Shown here in pieces: positions 45,778 through 57,690 of a stretch of 64,000 nt of DNA. The DNA comes from Entomortierella parvispora E1425 (taxonomy: Eukaryota; Fungi; Mortierellomycota). The DNA lies in the NCBI GenBank assembly GCA_020891255.1, contig BQFW01000010.1, positions 1-64,000 of the forward strand, written 5' to 3'. Made by a program: the position numbers and the translations under genes. The notes under the pieces are model-generated. The model worked only from the letters and a program-made list of their open reading frames with translations, was not told the origin of the DNA and ran no database searches. The stretch's first letter is position 1; each line of letters begins with the position of its first letter.

Positions 45778-47631
45778 ATGTCGTCCGACAAGAATGCATG
45801 CTTACGGATGATGGCTATTCAAGAGCTGCAGGACATGCTCTGTTCGTTCCTCGACAATGTCAGCCTAAAGTCGCTCTCGGTTTGCTGCAAGGAGTGGCAC
45901 GAGTAATTCCTTTGCATTCGCAGTTGTCATTTCCTTGCATTGCATTGTGCTCACTCCACATCTTTCACTAACGGGAATCAATCGACGTACTTGGGTAGAA
46001 ACCTGGCGCCCAAAGTTTGGACGCGGCTGCATCTTTATGACCATGACCGCAGCAAAATGGCCATCCTTACTCGATATGGGCACCTAATATTTAATGTCAA
46101 CCTCTCCTTGACAGACAAGACAATGCTCCGAGCTGTTCGAGAGAGCTGTCCTCGTCTCGAGATCCTGTCCATGATACTCGACGACAGGTCACTTTGGATT
46201 GACTATCCTTTCCTGAGGTCATTCTTTGGCGCCATGAGCTCCTTATCCAGTCTCCGAATTCGCGTCGATATATTTCGGTTCAGTCCTGCTATGTTCTGGA
46301 GTCTTTCCAGTGCAGTGAATCTCAAGTCACTCCACCTGGATGCATTCTACGCGCAATACTATACGTCCAAGCATTATCATCCCGATGCGTACATGTCAAT
46401 TCTCGACTGCTGTCCACAACTCGAGAATCTCCAGGTTCGTGGGGCGGTCTTTGAACCTGCGGATGTTTCAGCCTACCACAACAAGAACTCGTTCATTCAG
46501 AGCCTGCGCAAAACCTTTCGACCTTCAAGAGAGAACACGCCAAAGGAGCCGTCTCTTGGCAACTCTGGGTCACACCACTCTCGATCCTCGTCATCCAACT
46601 TGCCACTCACTTCTCATTCTCGTCTAAAAGGAACAAACACAAGGTCAGCAAAAGATGACAGCTACGCCAAACCAAATTACAGGATTAAAAAGCTGCATCT
46701 CAGCCCCATCAGGATGGACAACGAAGTCTTTCGGAATCTAGTATGCAGGTGCTCGGATCTGGAGGATCTCTACCTGGATGGAGTCTGGATCCGATTTACT
46801 GTCCAAAGCTGGCATGATATGGCAGAGGTTTGCACCAAGCTCAGACATCTTCATGTCCGATACACTGGCACGATTGAATACATGCCCAATGTTCAGACCC
46901 TTGTCAAACTGTTTCCAAAGTTGCAGACAGTAGCCTTACAGTCACTCGCCTTGACAGAAGATCCAGACCTTTCGAACCTTGGAGAGCAATTGGCCGCGAT
47001 AGAGCAACAGAGTGGACAGAAGCACCCTCTCCGAAGGATGGAAATCACAGGATCCGTTCGTCATCCTCTCAGGATGTTGCTGCATGCAGTCACACAAGTC
47101 CCCACGATCGAGGTTTTGATCATGGGGACAACAATGGAGTGTGAGCGCACTGCTGTACCAGAATCCGACATGGCGACAGCAACCCTTTACAAAATGAAGG
47201 CTGACTGGAAATGTGTGGACCATCTCAAGCTCTTGGATCTGACCAATATTTTGATGCCCAATGCAAAGACGTTTGGCCGGCTGATGAACCATATCCAGAG
47301 ACTTCCCAAACTGGAGACGTTGTACCTGTCTATCTCACAGTCCCGTCATTTGTTGGCTTGGACAGAGGGTGAAGATGGCATTTTGGTTTATGGGTCCCAC
47401 GACCCGATCAAGGAGCCGATTTGTTTGAGCTCGTTACGCACGTTGGGTATTGGAAAGGCGTATCGTCGAGAGCGCGGTCGAGGTGATCTACCAGCAAGAC
47501 TGGACGAAGTTCAGTCAATGATTGATATGTGTCCTGCCTTACGGACCTTGAGTCTGACACATCCCTCTGAGGCAGGGGTAACGCGTCAGCTTTCAGCCGA
47601 GTTTCCTGGGATTACATTCGTTTCCTCTTGA
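45778..47631 (+). CDS. F-box/leucine-rich-repeat (RNI-like) protein, 2 exons
   Basis: Exon 1 has IQELQDMLCSFLDNVSLKSLSVCCKEWHE. After one intron there are repeated CPxLExL / LxxLxL motifs. Confidence 0.8.
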
Positions 47632-48181
47632 CGCGAGCTGTATTCGCTTACAGGACAGACTGGCTCCACTAAAAGGTATTGAAAAGTAAAGAGGAGGGCA
47701 GCATCGGACTTGTGTAGCCTTCTCAGGGATCTACAAAAGTCCAAGTCTCATTCTCGGACAGCGAGCGAGGGGCTCTCTTGCTTTCATTAGCACCGCCATG
47801 GCCATGACGTCGGACTTTTTTTTTTTTAGCATGAGTGAAAGCAAAAATGCGGCACTAGATATGAAATAAAAAGAATCGTTTACAGTTTTTTCCACAATGT
47901 ATTGCGCCCATTGTGTCATTACGCTTGTTTCCATGCAAATCAGTGCTCGTTTTCCATTTTCAGACTCTTCCCCTTGAAGGACTTTTAATTGTTTGCTTCT
48001 TGAATCTATTTACAAAGTGGAGGTAGGGTTGCACCAGCACTGTATGTGGTTGAGTACATTTGGAGTTGTGTTTTGGAGGCGTGGAGATGAGATGAGGTGA
48101 GGCGTTGTTCTGAGAACTTGAAATGGCATTCACGATAGATCGAGGGGTTTTGAGAGCAATAACGAGTTTCAATTACGTTTC

Positions 48182-49058
48182 TCATGCCCGATCTCCCATG
48201 TAAATCATTCCAGGACTGCGATACGGCTGTCGACGAGGCGCCGGGAGGATGGTAAAAGATTCACTTGTGTGTCCGTTGTAGTCGTAGAGGTGAAATTTAC
48301 CCCTGGAGAGTTGCAAGTCCAGGGTTGTGGGGATGGTCCAGCGATGGGAATCTGCTCCAAAGGGCAATTGACCAAACGCCGTGACCTTGGTCGCCCGATT
48401 GTCACAGTAACGCTCGTCGTCCGGCCGAGATCCTTGACAGGCTCGAGTTGTGTATTCGAGATAGAGCATGGTGTTGTTGCTGTCTTTCTGGGAAAGCGCT
48501 CGACCTGGGAGAGAGAAAAGATGAGAGCACACGTTGTGTGAGATGAGAAACATCGTGGACTCTGTGTGGACAGCCCTGCAAACGCCAATAACAAAAGAGA
48601 CAAGACACCCCCTTTTCTTGATCCTCCTCTCTTCTTTCTCCCTGGTAACCGCTTTTTGGTTTCAACCGGCATTCCTAGTCGAAACAGGGCTCTGCACAAC
48701 AGAAAACATCGTTCTCACTTGGGGCAACACAAGGGTCATCCTAACGGCGATCCTTCCTGGCCTTTTGTACTACCCCTCTGCTGATCCCGTTTCCTTTTGT
48801 GCGACGTGAAGCTCTTCTGTGATGGGAAAAGGACTTACTGAATTTGATCTGAACAGTGTCTCCGAGGTGCCACTCGGTGTTCTTGTTCGGATTGTAGAAA
48901 AAGTCAGACCCCGAACTTTGGGCATGGACAGGGGTTGTGGAAAAGACAGCAAGGAGAACAATGGCCAAGAGTGTGATAATAGGGGGCGAGCGAGTCCATG
49001 GGTTGCACGACGAACGGGCGGAACATGTCCGTGAGGATGTGGCGCTGAATTGTGTCAT
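48182..49058 (-). CDS. Small secreted beta-rich protein (~180 aa; exons 49058-48839 and 48504-48182)
   Basis: Hydrophobic signal (IITLLAIVLLAVFSTTPVHA|QS), then FFYNP...W.LG.TV.I, WTIPTTL and SESFTI. This resembles the Kre9/Ser-Thr-rich GPI-family N-domain. The intron keeps the frame. Confidence 0.65.
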
Positions 49059-50504
49059 TGTTTGTGAGGGGCGAAGGGTAGGAGGGAAGGGGTGTTTGCG
49101 TGGACAGGGTGGTGAGGATTAAAGGTGATGGAGATGAAAGGTGATGGAGATGAAAGATGAGGGAAAGGAAGATGAGGGAAAGGAAGAGGATGAAAGAGAG
49201 GAGATGAGAGAAAGAAAAACGAGGAGAGAAGAAAAGAAGAGAAAGAGAAAAGAAGAGTTTGGCCTTTTGTTCCGTACTTTAGAAACGGTTGGGGAACGAA
49301 GAGCGCACACGACAAGTGGCGGTGGTTGCATGAGCGAAACCATCATCATGATGATGCTGCTGCCTACTACTGCTGCTGCCTTCGCGCAAAGGGGAAATAA
49401 ACTTGAGTGAACTTGACTGGCTGCTGCTCAATCGTCAAACAATCATCATCGCCATCGACCCAATTGGGCACCGGCCAGGTGAAAACAGTACTAGTGCAAA
49501 AGTACCGGCGCTTTGTTTCCAGTCAGTCTGTTAGTCTTGTTCGGCTGGCATGTCTCTCTCTCTTGCTCTTCTCTCTCTCATACATAGAGCTCAGCTCAGC
49601 TCAACTCGGAGACTCTTTTGTGCAACATCGTCGTCATCATTGCCCACGGCGCTGACTTCTATTCCTGGATCGAATGCAATTCCTCCAACAAACACCCTTT
49701 TGGGGGGGAACTTTGTGGACCAGCATCTCGGCGTACTGTATGCACAAACAGCCATTGACCCGATCAAAGAAGGGTTGGCGTTTCTCTTGAGAATCGACTG
49801 CTTCTCTTTCTTTTCATTGTCCCCTCCCCTCGTTGTTTCTTTTCTCAATGATTGCCTGCATCATCTCAAGCACACATCACAAGGATTATCCTTTCCCTCC
49901 CTCTCTGTCCCTCCTTCAATTTTTTTTTTTTTTTTTTTTAACCAAGGAGGCGTCGGGAGGCGGGAGCAAGGAGGGTTGAGCAAATCCGGTCATAGTATCG
50001 GCATTAGCACTTGGTGAATGTTCCTCTCCTGTTCGATGGCCTTCTTCGTCAACCCCAACTCTGCCAACAAAAAAAAAAAAAAAAAAAAAAGAAAAATCTT
50101 TCAGTGGGATTCACCTGATCTGGATTGGCTGCCCTGAGGAACATTTTTTTTTTTTTTTGCTTCTGGTGGCAATAATTGACTACAAAACAGCCCAGCCTCG
50201 CTGGAGAAAACGAGGCGCTGCATACCAAGGCTCACAAGTCAAATGCCAGGAGGGGAGTTCAGCCCCGAAAGTCAAGCTCATCAAACGTATGACTGCATCT
50301 GTTTATTGCATCCAGGATAAGCAAACTGGTTACATGTACAATTCGGTCGCCACTCAAATGGAAGCAATAGTGATAATGATACAACGAGATAGGGGCAGGA
50401 ATCAAGTGAAAGTGTCCTGTCGTGGGCCTTCGTCCCTAGGTCAAAGAGAAGGGGGTTTAAAGATGGATGCTCGTCGCGATGCATAAAAGGAGTCAATCCT
50501 GGAG

Positions 50505-51818
50505 TCAAAGAGTTTGCACTGTCCCTTCATGTCGCAAGCCACGCACTTCTTCGCGAATACTGAGATCGGCGACGATCCGCACAGGCTCAACATTGTACGT
50601 GCCCCTTGTCCAGGCTGCTTTAAGCGGCTTCCGCCTGCCACTGCCAGAGAGTTTTGACATGGTGTTCATGACAGCTGCTCGGGCTGCAAGAAGAGGTGGG
50701 CACACTGCATGCAGCGCACCGAAGTAGTATCGTGAGAGGATCATATCGAAAGAGCCAATATGAGTGGGCAGGTACAACGCCTCATATGGAAGCGTCATAA
50801 CCCACACTTCAACGCGGTGGCGTTGAACCAGGAGTCCAACCACTGGACCATCCACGCCTTTCGATAGAAGGCCATCAAGGGACCTCTTCATCTCCACATA
50901 CAGCTTGAGTCGATCGCGATCGCACTCCTGCTGGGTCGCTTCAAATTTCTTGACCTCAGCCACCAACACCGTCTGCTGAGGGTATTTGGTTGTAGAAACC
51001 ATACAATCGGGGTAAAGAAGTTCCCCGGCGTCCTCAATTCCAGTCTGGAGCGCATCTCTGGTCCTATTTGTTGAAGACAGACCCAAAACATAGTGTGAGA
51101 TGAGAAAGAGTTACCATGAGATTGGCATGTATGTCAAATGAAGGTTTACCAGGAGAGTTTTGTTCCTTCAATGTTTCCCAAGAAGGCGCTGACTAAGGGC
51201 TTAAAAAAGCGGTCGATAATAGAGTCCTCGTTGTCATGGATCAAGACCATCTCCGCCCAAAGAGCATTTGTCTCCATCAGGCTTCTCGCTGCTCGGAAAA
51301 CCAGTGATGTCATTAAAGACTCCTTCATTGCCAGTGAAAACAATGCCTGTTCGGCTTGATCTCTCTCCTGCTCCATGCATACAAGAGCGACATCCGTGAT
51401 AAACTTATTCTCCTTCTCGCTGCATCCAGTTAACCATAATGCGCGTTCCCTCTCTTGTAAAGGGTTGACCAGCGGATGATTGAAAATAAAGCTCAGCGAG
51501 AGGATTTCCGGAATATCGTGGTCAGTCAGGAAGGATTGGTCGTCTACCTGCTCATGTCGCCATTCCATCAACATTTTGGAGACATTCACGCTCTCTTCCC
51601 AATAGTTACTTTCGCCCGATAAGTGGTTGCTTAATGTACCTGGCCCAACCATGCGATCAATGCGAATGGGTACAGGCTCCTCCAAACTGCCCATTGAAAA
51701 TGATTCGCTGCATATCGATTGGTCCAGAGGATCCGAAGACAGAAAATCCGGACCGTGCACGCCTAGAAATCGAGAAGTCAGTGAGTCGCCAGAAATTTCA
51801 GAGTATTTCATTAATCTT

Positions 51819-51856
<38 letters not shown>

Positions 51857-52888
51857 ATCGGATATTGCATACATTGCCTGCTTAGAGCGCGCCCTTCATC
51901 CTCATCGCCATTGCCTTCGTCGACGTCCGGTGTTGCATAACATTCTTGTAAAGTCTCGCTGTTCAGAGAGTCTGAACAATAATTCAATGGAAAGGAATAA
52001 ATTTAGTTTAGTTACACTCCTAATGGTACGAGTCGCTCGCATCTTACCCCGGTCTCCCCATGTTTCAGACGCGGTATCTAGTTCATCAATACATCCAAGA
52101 ACCTCCAACTCGGGTTCAGATCCATTGGGCAAGAGAAAATCTTCAGTGTTCGCGTCGTCTTTGTTGCCATCATCGGATATACCATCATCGTTTTTGCAGC
52201 CATCTTCGTTTTTGCTATCACCATCGGATTCGCCATCGTCACCTTTGAAGAATTCATTGGGTTCGCCATCATCGTCTTCGTTGCCGTCATCGGATTTGCC
52301 ATCGTCGGATTTGCCATCGTCGGATTTGCCATCGTCGGATCTGCCATCGTCGGATCTGCCATCGTCGGATCTGCCATCGTCGGATCTGCCATCGTCGAGT
52401 TTGCATTCGTCGGATTTCGAGTCATCCAATTCTTCTGAGATAGTACGGACCAACGACAATTCGGAATTTTCCTTACCCAGAGAGGTCTTCGACGATGGGG
52501 CGGATTGAGAGAGCTTTGGCCGCTTTCGAAAGTCTTCTTCTGCAATTGCTCGGTTAATGGTGAGCCGTCTTTTATACTCAAGCTTCGATTGCTCATATCC
52601 AGCGCTCATGGATCCCACTGATGCCTTCAAGAGAAGGATGCTGGCCTTGTCATCTGTTGAACGCCTGGCCCAAAAGCCGTTCGCACCGTTGGTCTTGAAT
52701 TTGTGGAAATCCTTCAGAAGCTGCACCCGACGGGGCTTTAAGATTTCGTTACTTGATATCATATGTTGGTAAGCCTCCTCTGCATCCCCTCTGTTGATAT
52801 AGTTGAATTTTTCAGAAAACGACTTAATAGATACATGCTCCACACTGCCGTCTTGAATGGCCAGGGCCCAGTCGAGGTGGTGTCTCAT
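50505..52888 (-). CDS. Multi-exon protein with acidic repeat linker and C-terminal PD-(D/E)XK (REase-like) domain
   Basis: Exons join in frame through GT-AG introns. C-terminus has YPDCMVS...VLVAEVKK...DRLKLYVEMKRSLD...VVGLLVQ. Start codon uncertain. Confidence 0.7.
52283..52417 (-). repeat. 15-bp coding tandem repeat (DDG(K/R)S)n, ~9 copies
   Basis: GCCATCGTCGGAT(T/C)T units on the + strand. Confidence 0.92.
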
Positions 52889-53054
52889 TGCAAAGATACT
52901 AGAAAAGGTTAGTGTCAGCTCAAATAATATTCGTGGTAAACTTTCAATATCAGCTGCAAAACGTATATTCGCGTTGGGAAAACTAAAGTAGGATATTAAC
53001 AGAACGAAAAGCACAGGGAACATCGATCACTAATTGCACCATTTTAAAACGTTA

Positions 53055-54310
53055 TCAGGCACCGAGATTCCCAGGGCGACGGTACGCTTGTCTGGGCCAA
53101 ACGATGGCTGACCACCAGACCACATCCCAGCTGCACAGGCGACCCAACATGACTCGTAAATCGCCCACGTCGAGAAGGTAATGTATTGGCAAGGTGTTTA
53201 CGCTTCTCTTGCACACATCAGACGCCGAGATTCCCAGGGCGACGGTACGCTTGTCTGGGCCAAACGACGGCTGACCACCAGACCACATCCCAGCTGCACA
53301 GGCGACCCAACATGACTCGTAAATCGCCCACGTCGAGAAGGTAATGTATTGGCAAGGTGTTGTGCAGCAAGACACGAAAGGAAGTTTAAAAACGATTGCG
53401 AGAAGATGGCAAGGTGTTGTGCAGCAAGACACGAAAGGAAGTTTAAAAACGATTGCGAGAAGAGAAAATCAAGAAGTGAAGGCATTGTTTTCAAAATTGC
53501 ACTGATTTCTTTGGTAAAAACTGTCAAGATATCCCGAGGATCAATGAACGTGTGAACAAATGTCATAGAGAACAATTACCTGAAAGAGATGATGTACTAA
53601 CGGATGCCGAGAGGTGTGTGAGATTGGTGAAGATGAACGCGCGATTGTTCTGAGCATTTGTGCGCGCCTCGCATTTACATTTGCGATTTTCAGAAATACA
53701 GAGATGATTTTAATGCTTGGAAATAACGTTTCCGCTCATGCGCGTTCATCACCAACACGCTTCTCAATTGCACCATCTCCTCCAGGTAATTGTTCTCTAT
53801 GACATTTGTTCACACGTTCATTGATCCTCGGGATATCTTGACAGTTTTTATCAAAGAAATCAGTGCAATTTTGAAAACAATGCCTTCACTTCTTGATTTT
53901 CTCTTCTCGCAATCGTTTTTAAACTTCCTTTCGTGTCTTGCTGCACAACACCTTGCCATCTTCTCGCAATCGTTTTTAAACTTCCTTTCGTGTCTTGCTG
54001 CACAACACCTTGCCAATACATTACCTTCTCGACGTGGGCGATTTACGAGTCATGTTGGGTCGCCTGTGCAGCTGGGATGTGGTCTGGTGGTCAGCCGTCG
54101 TTTGGCCCAGACAAGCGTACCGTCGCCCTGGGAATCTCGGCGTCTGATGTGTGCAAGAGAAGCGTAAACACCTTGCCAATACATTACCTTCTCGACGTAG
54201 GCGATTTACGAGTCATGTTGGGTCGCTTGTGCAGCTGGGATGTGGTCTGGTGGTCGGCCATCGTTTGGCCCAGACAAGCGTGTCGTCGCCCTGGGAATCT
54301 CGGTGCCTGA
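53055..54310. mobile_element. Non-autonomous foldback/MITE-like element with ~528-bp inverted arms, TA-flanked (Tc1/mariner-like ends)
   Basis: 53055-53582 is a near-perfect reverse complement of 53783-54310. TA at 53053-54 and 54311-12, with ends TA|TCAGGC...GCCTGA|TA. Each arm has 163-bp and 57-bp internal duplications. No transposase. Confidence 0.88.
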
Positions 54311-54465
54311 TAACGCTCTTGATGGCTCTCGATTTTATAGCCACTTTCCCTTAGGATCAAGCGACTCTGGATATCTCAAATTGCCTTGGAAAGTCACGGT
54401 TCTTATCGCAGTGGACAGTTTGACCAAGATGAGGATGAGCTGATCTGTGTACTTTGCCGGCTAAA

Positions 54466-54808
54466 GGTTCCCTTCATCCAGGAGTCTCTTTGAGCTGCCG
54501 ATGAGCCCTGGTGGGGCCTGTAACTGCTGAGATGAGCGCCCTTACTGGACCTTGGTAGAGGGGGAGCAAGGGGTCGAATCGTCAAGGTAGGCTGACATGT
54601 ATTGAGTCCTTCGCGCGGTCATGGTGCAGTGAGCAGGTAGACCAGAATGAGGCTGAGCGCAGCTGTGCACTTGTGCCTGCTGAGAGCTCCCTTCATTCAA
54701 GCTACGAGTCTCTTTGAGCTGCCGATGAGCCCTGGCGGGGGCCTGCAACAGCTAGGATGGGCGGCCTTGCTAGACCTTGGTGGAAGGGGGGGGGAGGGGG
54801 TCGAACCA
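54466..54808. repeat. Diverged direct repeat, 2 copies of ~115 bp about 220 bp apart
   Basis: GAGTCTCTTTGAGCTGCCGATGAGCCCTGG(T/C)GGGGCCTG at ~54482 and ~54706, each followed by a similar GACCTTGGT..GGGGTCGAA. Confidence 0.8.
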
Positions 54809-55458
54809 TACAATCATGACGCCAAGTATTGGTTGACAAAAGAGGGACACCACTCTCACAGGAAAGTGTTTCTCTCATGTGCCCCGACATGCATATCAGA
54901 AACTCGAACTTTGTATGATGGCTAACCGCTCTTTATGTATCTCATTCAACACAACTTCTTGTACTGTACAAGTAGAAAGGGGTGGGAAGCACGGATGAAG
55001 GATATGGACCATGCTACTGCGAGATGACAATAAATAGCCTGTATTGCCTGGACTTTTACGCAGCCACTTGAAGATATGGTGTTCCTTGTTCACTGGCTCT
55101 GACAAACACCTGGTGCCATGCTGGAGCATGCACAGAAAGCTAGACGTAAACTTGATTTATAATAAAAATCCAGAGATCGGGTGGTCTTCTGGTTTCGACT
55201 TGACAGGAAGCGGACTACTGAACGTGAGATGGCTCAGAAGATTGAACATGGTACTGCCACTAACAGTGTGTTTGAAAGAAATGAATTATTGTTAAAAAAA
55301 AGACGAAGAAAAAGGTTCTTGATGACCTTGTGGTCTATCATCACAAAGATCAGAAGAAACTTAAAGCAGAGTAAGCATGCATGCGATTCGAAGTTGTCCA
55401 AAAGGGCGATGGAGAGCCTTTGCTTACAGAAGAACAGTGATTTTATTTTTTGTTCACT

Positions 55459-56670
55459 CTATGGCGTGCAGCTCTTGTCCACAGTCTTGGTCTCGGTACC
55501 CATGGCCTCAGCTTCAGTCTTAGCAGTGGCAGCAGCAGCGGCAGCAGCAGCTTTCTTTTCGAGTCCTTCTCTCCGCTTTCTTTCCCTTCTCGCGTCCTTG
55601 TCTTCCCAGGCGCCCTGATCTCCTGTCTTTGCCTCAGCATGGGTATCGCCACCCTGACCGTCTTTCAAGAGATGCTCTTTCAGTCGAATCTCAAATCGCG
55701 CCATCTGGGCCACGTTGGATACAAACTTGTCGTTGCTCAAATGGAGGAGAACTCTAAGATATGACAGGGTGACCATCAGCTGAATCTTGGCCGCTGAATC
55801 GGAAGCGGATGATGAAGTCGAGTTCCCGGGTATAATATAAGCGATTGGGGCATCCAGCTTCAAGGTACTACGGATCGCGAGCATTGTTCGTTTAGCCGAA
55901 GGCAAGATTCCTGAGTTGCGGTATCCAGAGAATAGAGAATGGTTCAAGAAGATCTTGGCAGCAGCTGGGGTAGATGATTCAATATGCAGAATCTAAATAG
56001 AATATAAAGGCAATATTAGAGGAAATTGTCAATATTGTGAACATTGACGCCATGATGATAATACAATCGATCCTTTTCCTTTTGTTACCATAGGTTCAAA
56101 CTTGAAGTATACTAACTGCGCCTTGGCAATATCGTCCTGATCGTCTCCTTGAATTTGTGTCTTCTCATTTTCGTCACTCTCCGGGTCACCCTTCATCAAA
56201 ACTACGCGATGAGCCTCTGGTCCAAAAAGAGTCTCAATGATCCATTTCCGTTCGGAGGACTTTTGGTCGGCAGGGAATGATGGCCATTCCACAGGGTCAT
56301 GACTGACATAGAGCCATTGTCCACCTTTGGCTCGCTTGGCAGCTTCGACGGCAGCCAAGGAGGTATTCTCGGCATATCCTTTGACATCCTGCTCCTCGGT
56401 ATCATCCTTGCCATCATCATCCGACTGCTTTTTGTGGTCGTCCTCATCTCCTTCTTCCATGCCCTCGAGATAGGTGCAGATGCGACCAGAGCAAGACGAA
56501 GTGGTGACATAGTCTGGGTGGTTGTTGATAAGGACGATCAGCGGCAAAAGAGGTTCGTCCACATAACCCTTGGGAGACTTGTCAGGCGTGTCCGAGTTCA
56601 AAGCGACGAGGATAGCCTTCTTCCTGCCGTGAAACCCAGCGGCCAAGGCGCGTTGTTGCTGCAGCGACAT
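55459..56670 (-). CDS. TYW3: tRNA wybutosine-synthesizing protein 3 (371 aa; exons 56670-56089 and 55992-55459)
   Basis: DKSPKGYVD, INNHPDYVTTSSCSGRI, GGQWLYVSH, FKFEPMILH, SGYRNSG and LAIRSTLKLDAPI motifs. Confidence 0.93.
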
Positions 56671-56781
56671 TGGATGATGAATGCGGAGGTAATGGGGAGC
56701 AGCGATCAATGCGTAAGAGTGTTTTTCGCTTTGTTTCCTGGGCGAAGCAGATCGGGACGGTGGCTTGTGTCACGTGGACTG

Positions 56782-56826
<45 letters not shown>

Positions 56827-57690
56827 GGATATGTGGGGAGGAGGGAGGACAAAGTCGACACGGATGGAGAGTGAAGGGGGTTGTGTGGTCAGTTTTGAAG
56901 ATGGACAGGAACGGTGCTTGGTTGTTGGTCGTTTTGAAGATATTCGGTCTCACTGTCATACACACGTCCCGTCAGGTAGGCATGGCACTCGTTCCTGATA
57001 GCGCTGTTGCTAAAAGGAGAAAAGAGAACACGAATCGCGTCTCGACTTTGCCTTGTCTTGGGCGAAGGATTTGTTCTCCGAGGAGGACCTGTTCCTCCCA
57101 GGCACAGACGCGATTAGGCGAGTCCAAAGATCCACAGAGGGCTGGCTGATGAGCTTTTGGGTGGTCACCAGCAGCTGTGTGGCATGCAACAACAACAACA
57201 ACAACAGCAGCAGCAACAACAGGAACAACAAGACAGACAGACAGACAGACAGAGAAGGTTCGTCCACAAGGGAACCCAAAAAAAGAGAGAGCGCTGCTCG
57301 CCCGTCTCCACGTCTCCACCACGGTCGAGTCGCCCCTCTTCCTCCACGGTCCCCACCTCTCTGTCGTTCTTTCCTGTTTCCCTTTCCCTCGTCTCTTTTC
57401 CCCCCATCCGTTCTTCCGTTCTTGGCTCCTTCTTCCTTCCTTCTGTGCCCCCTTCTTCCTTCCTTGCCATTGGATGTGATTCAACCTGATCCACCCATTC
57501 CTCTTCTGCTCTTTCTTTTGTTGTGTGTTCTTGCTCATACCTCGCTGTTCCACTGCTGGACCCTATCCTCTCTTACTCAGCACGCTCAGTCCGCATCCCA
57601 TTGTTGCTCTCTGTCTTTCCTCTGTGCATGCACAACGCACATTGAGCTGCTGCACCTTCTCTGTCCCCTGCCTATCGACCCTTGCCCGCC

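Noticed and set aside
53055-54354. Mirror-image 125-aa and 68-aa ORFs as duplicated genes or a transposase
   Set aside because: They arise from the inverted arms and show no DDE or HTH motifs.
57053-57553. ORFs over the CAA/CAG/GACA microsatellites
   Set aside because: Simple-sequence repeats in the TYW3/Ivy1-like intergenic and UTR region.
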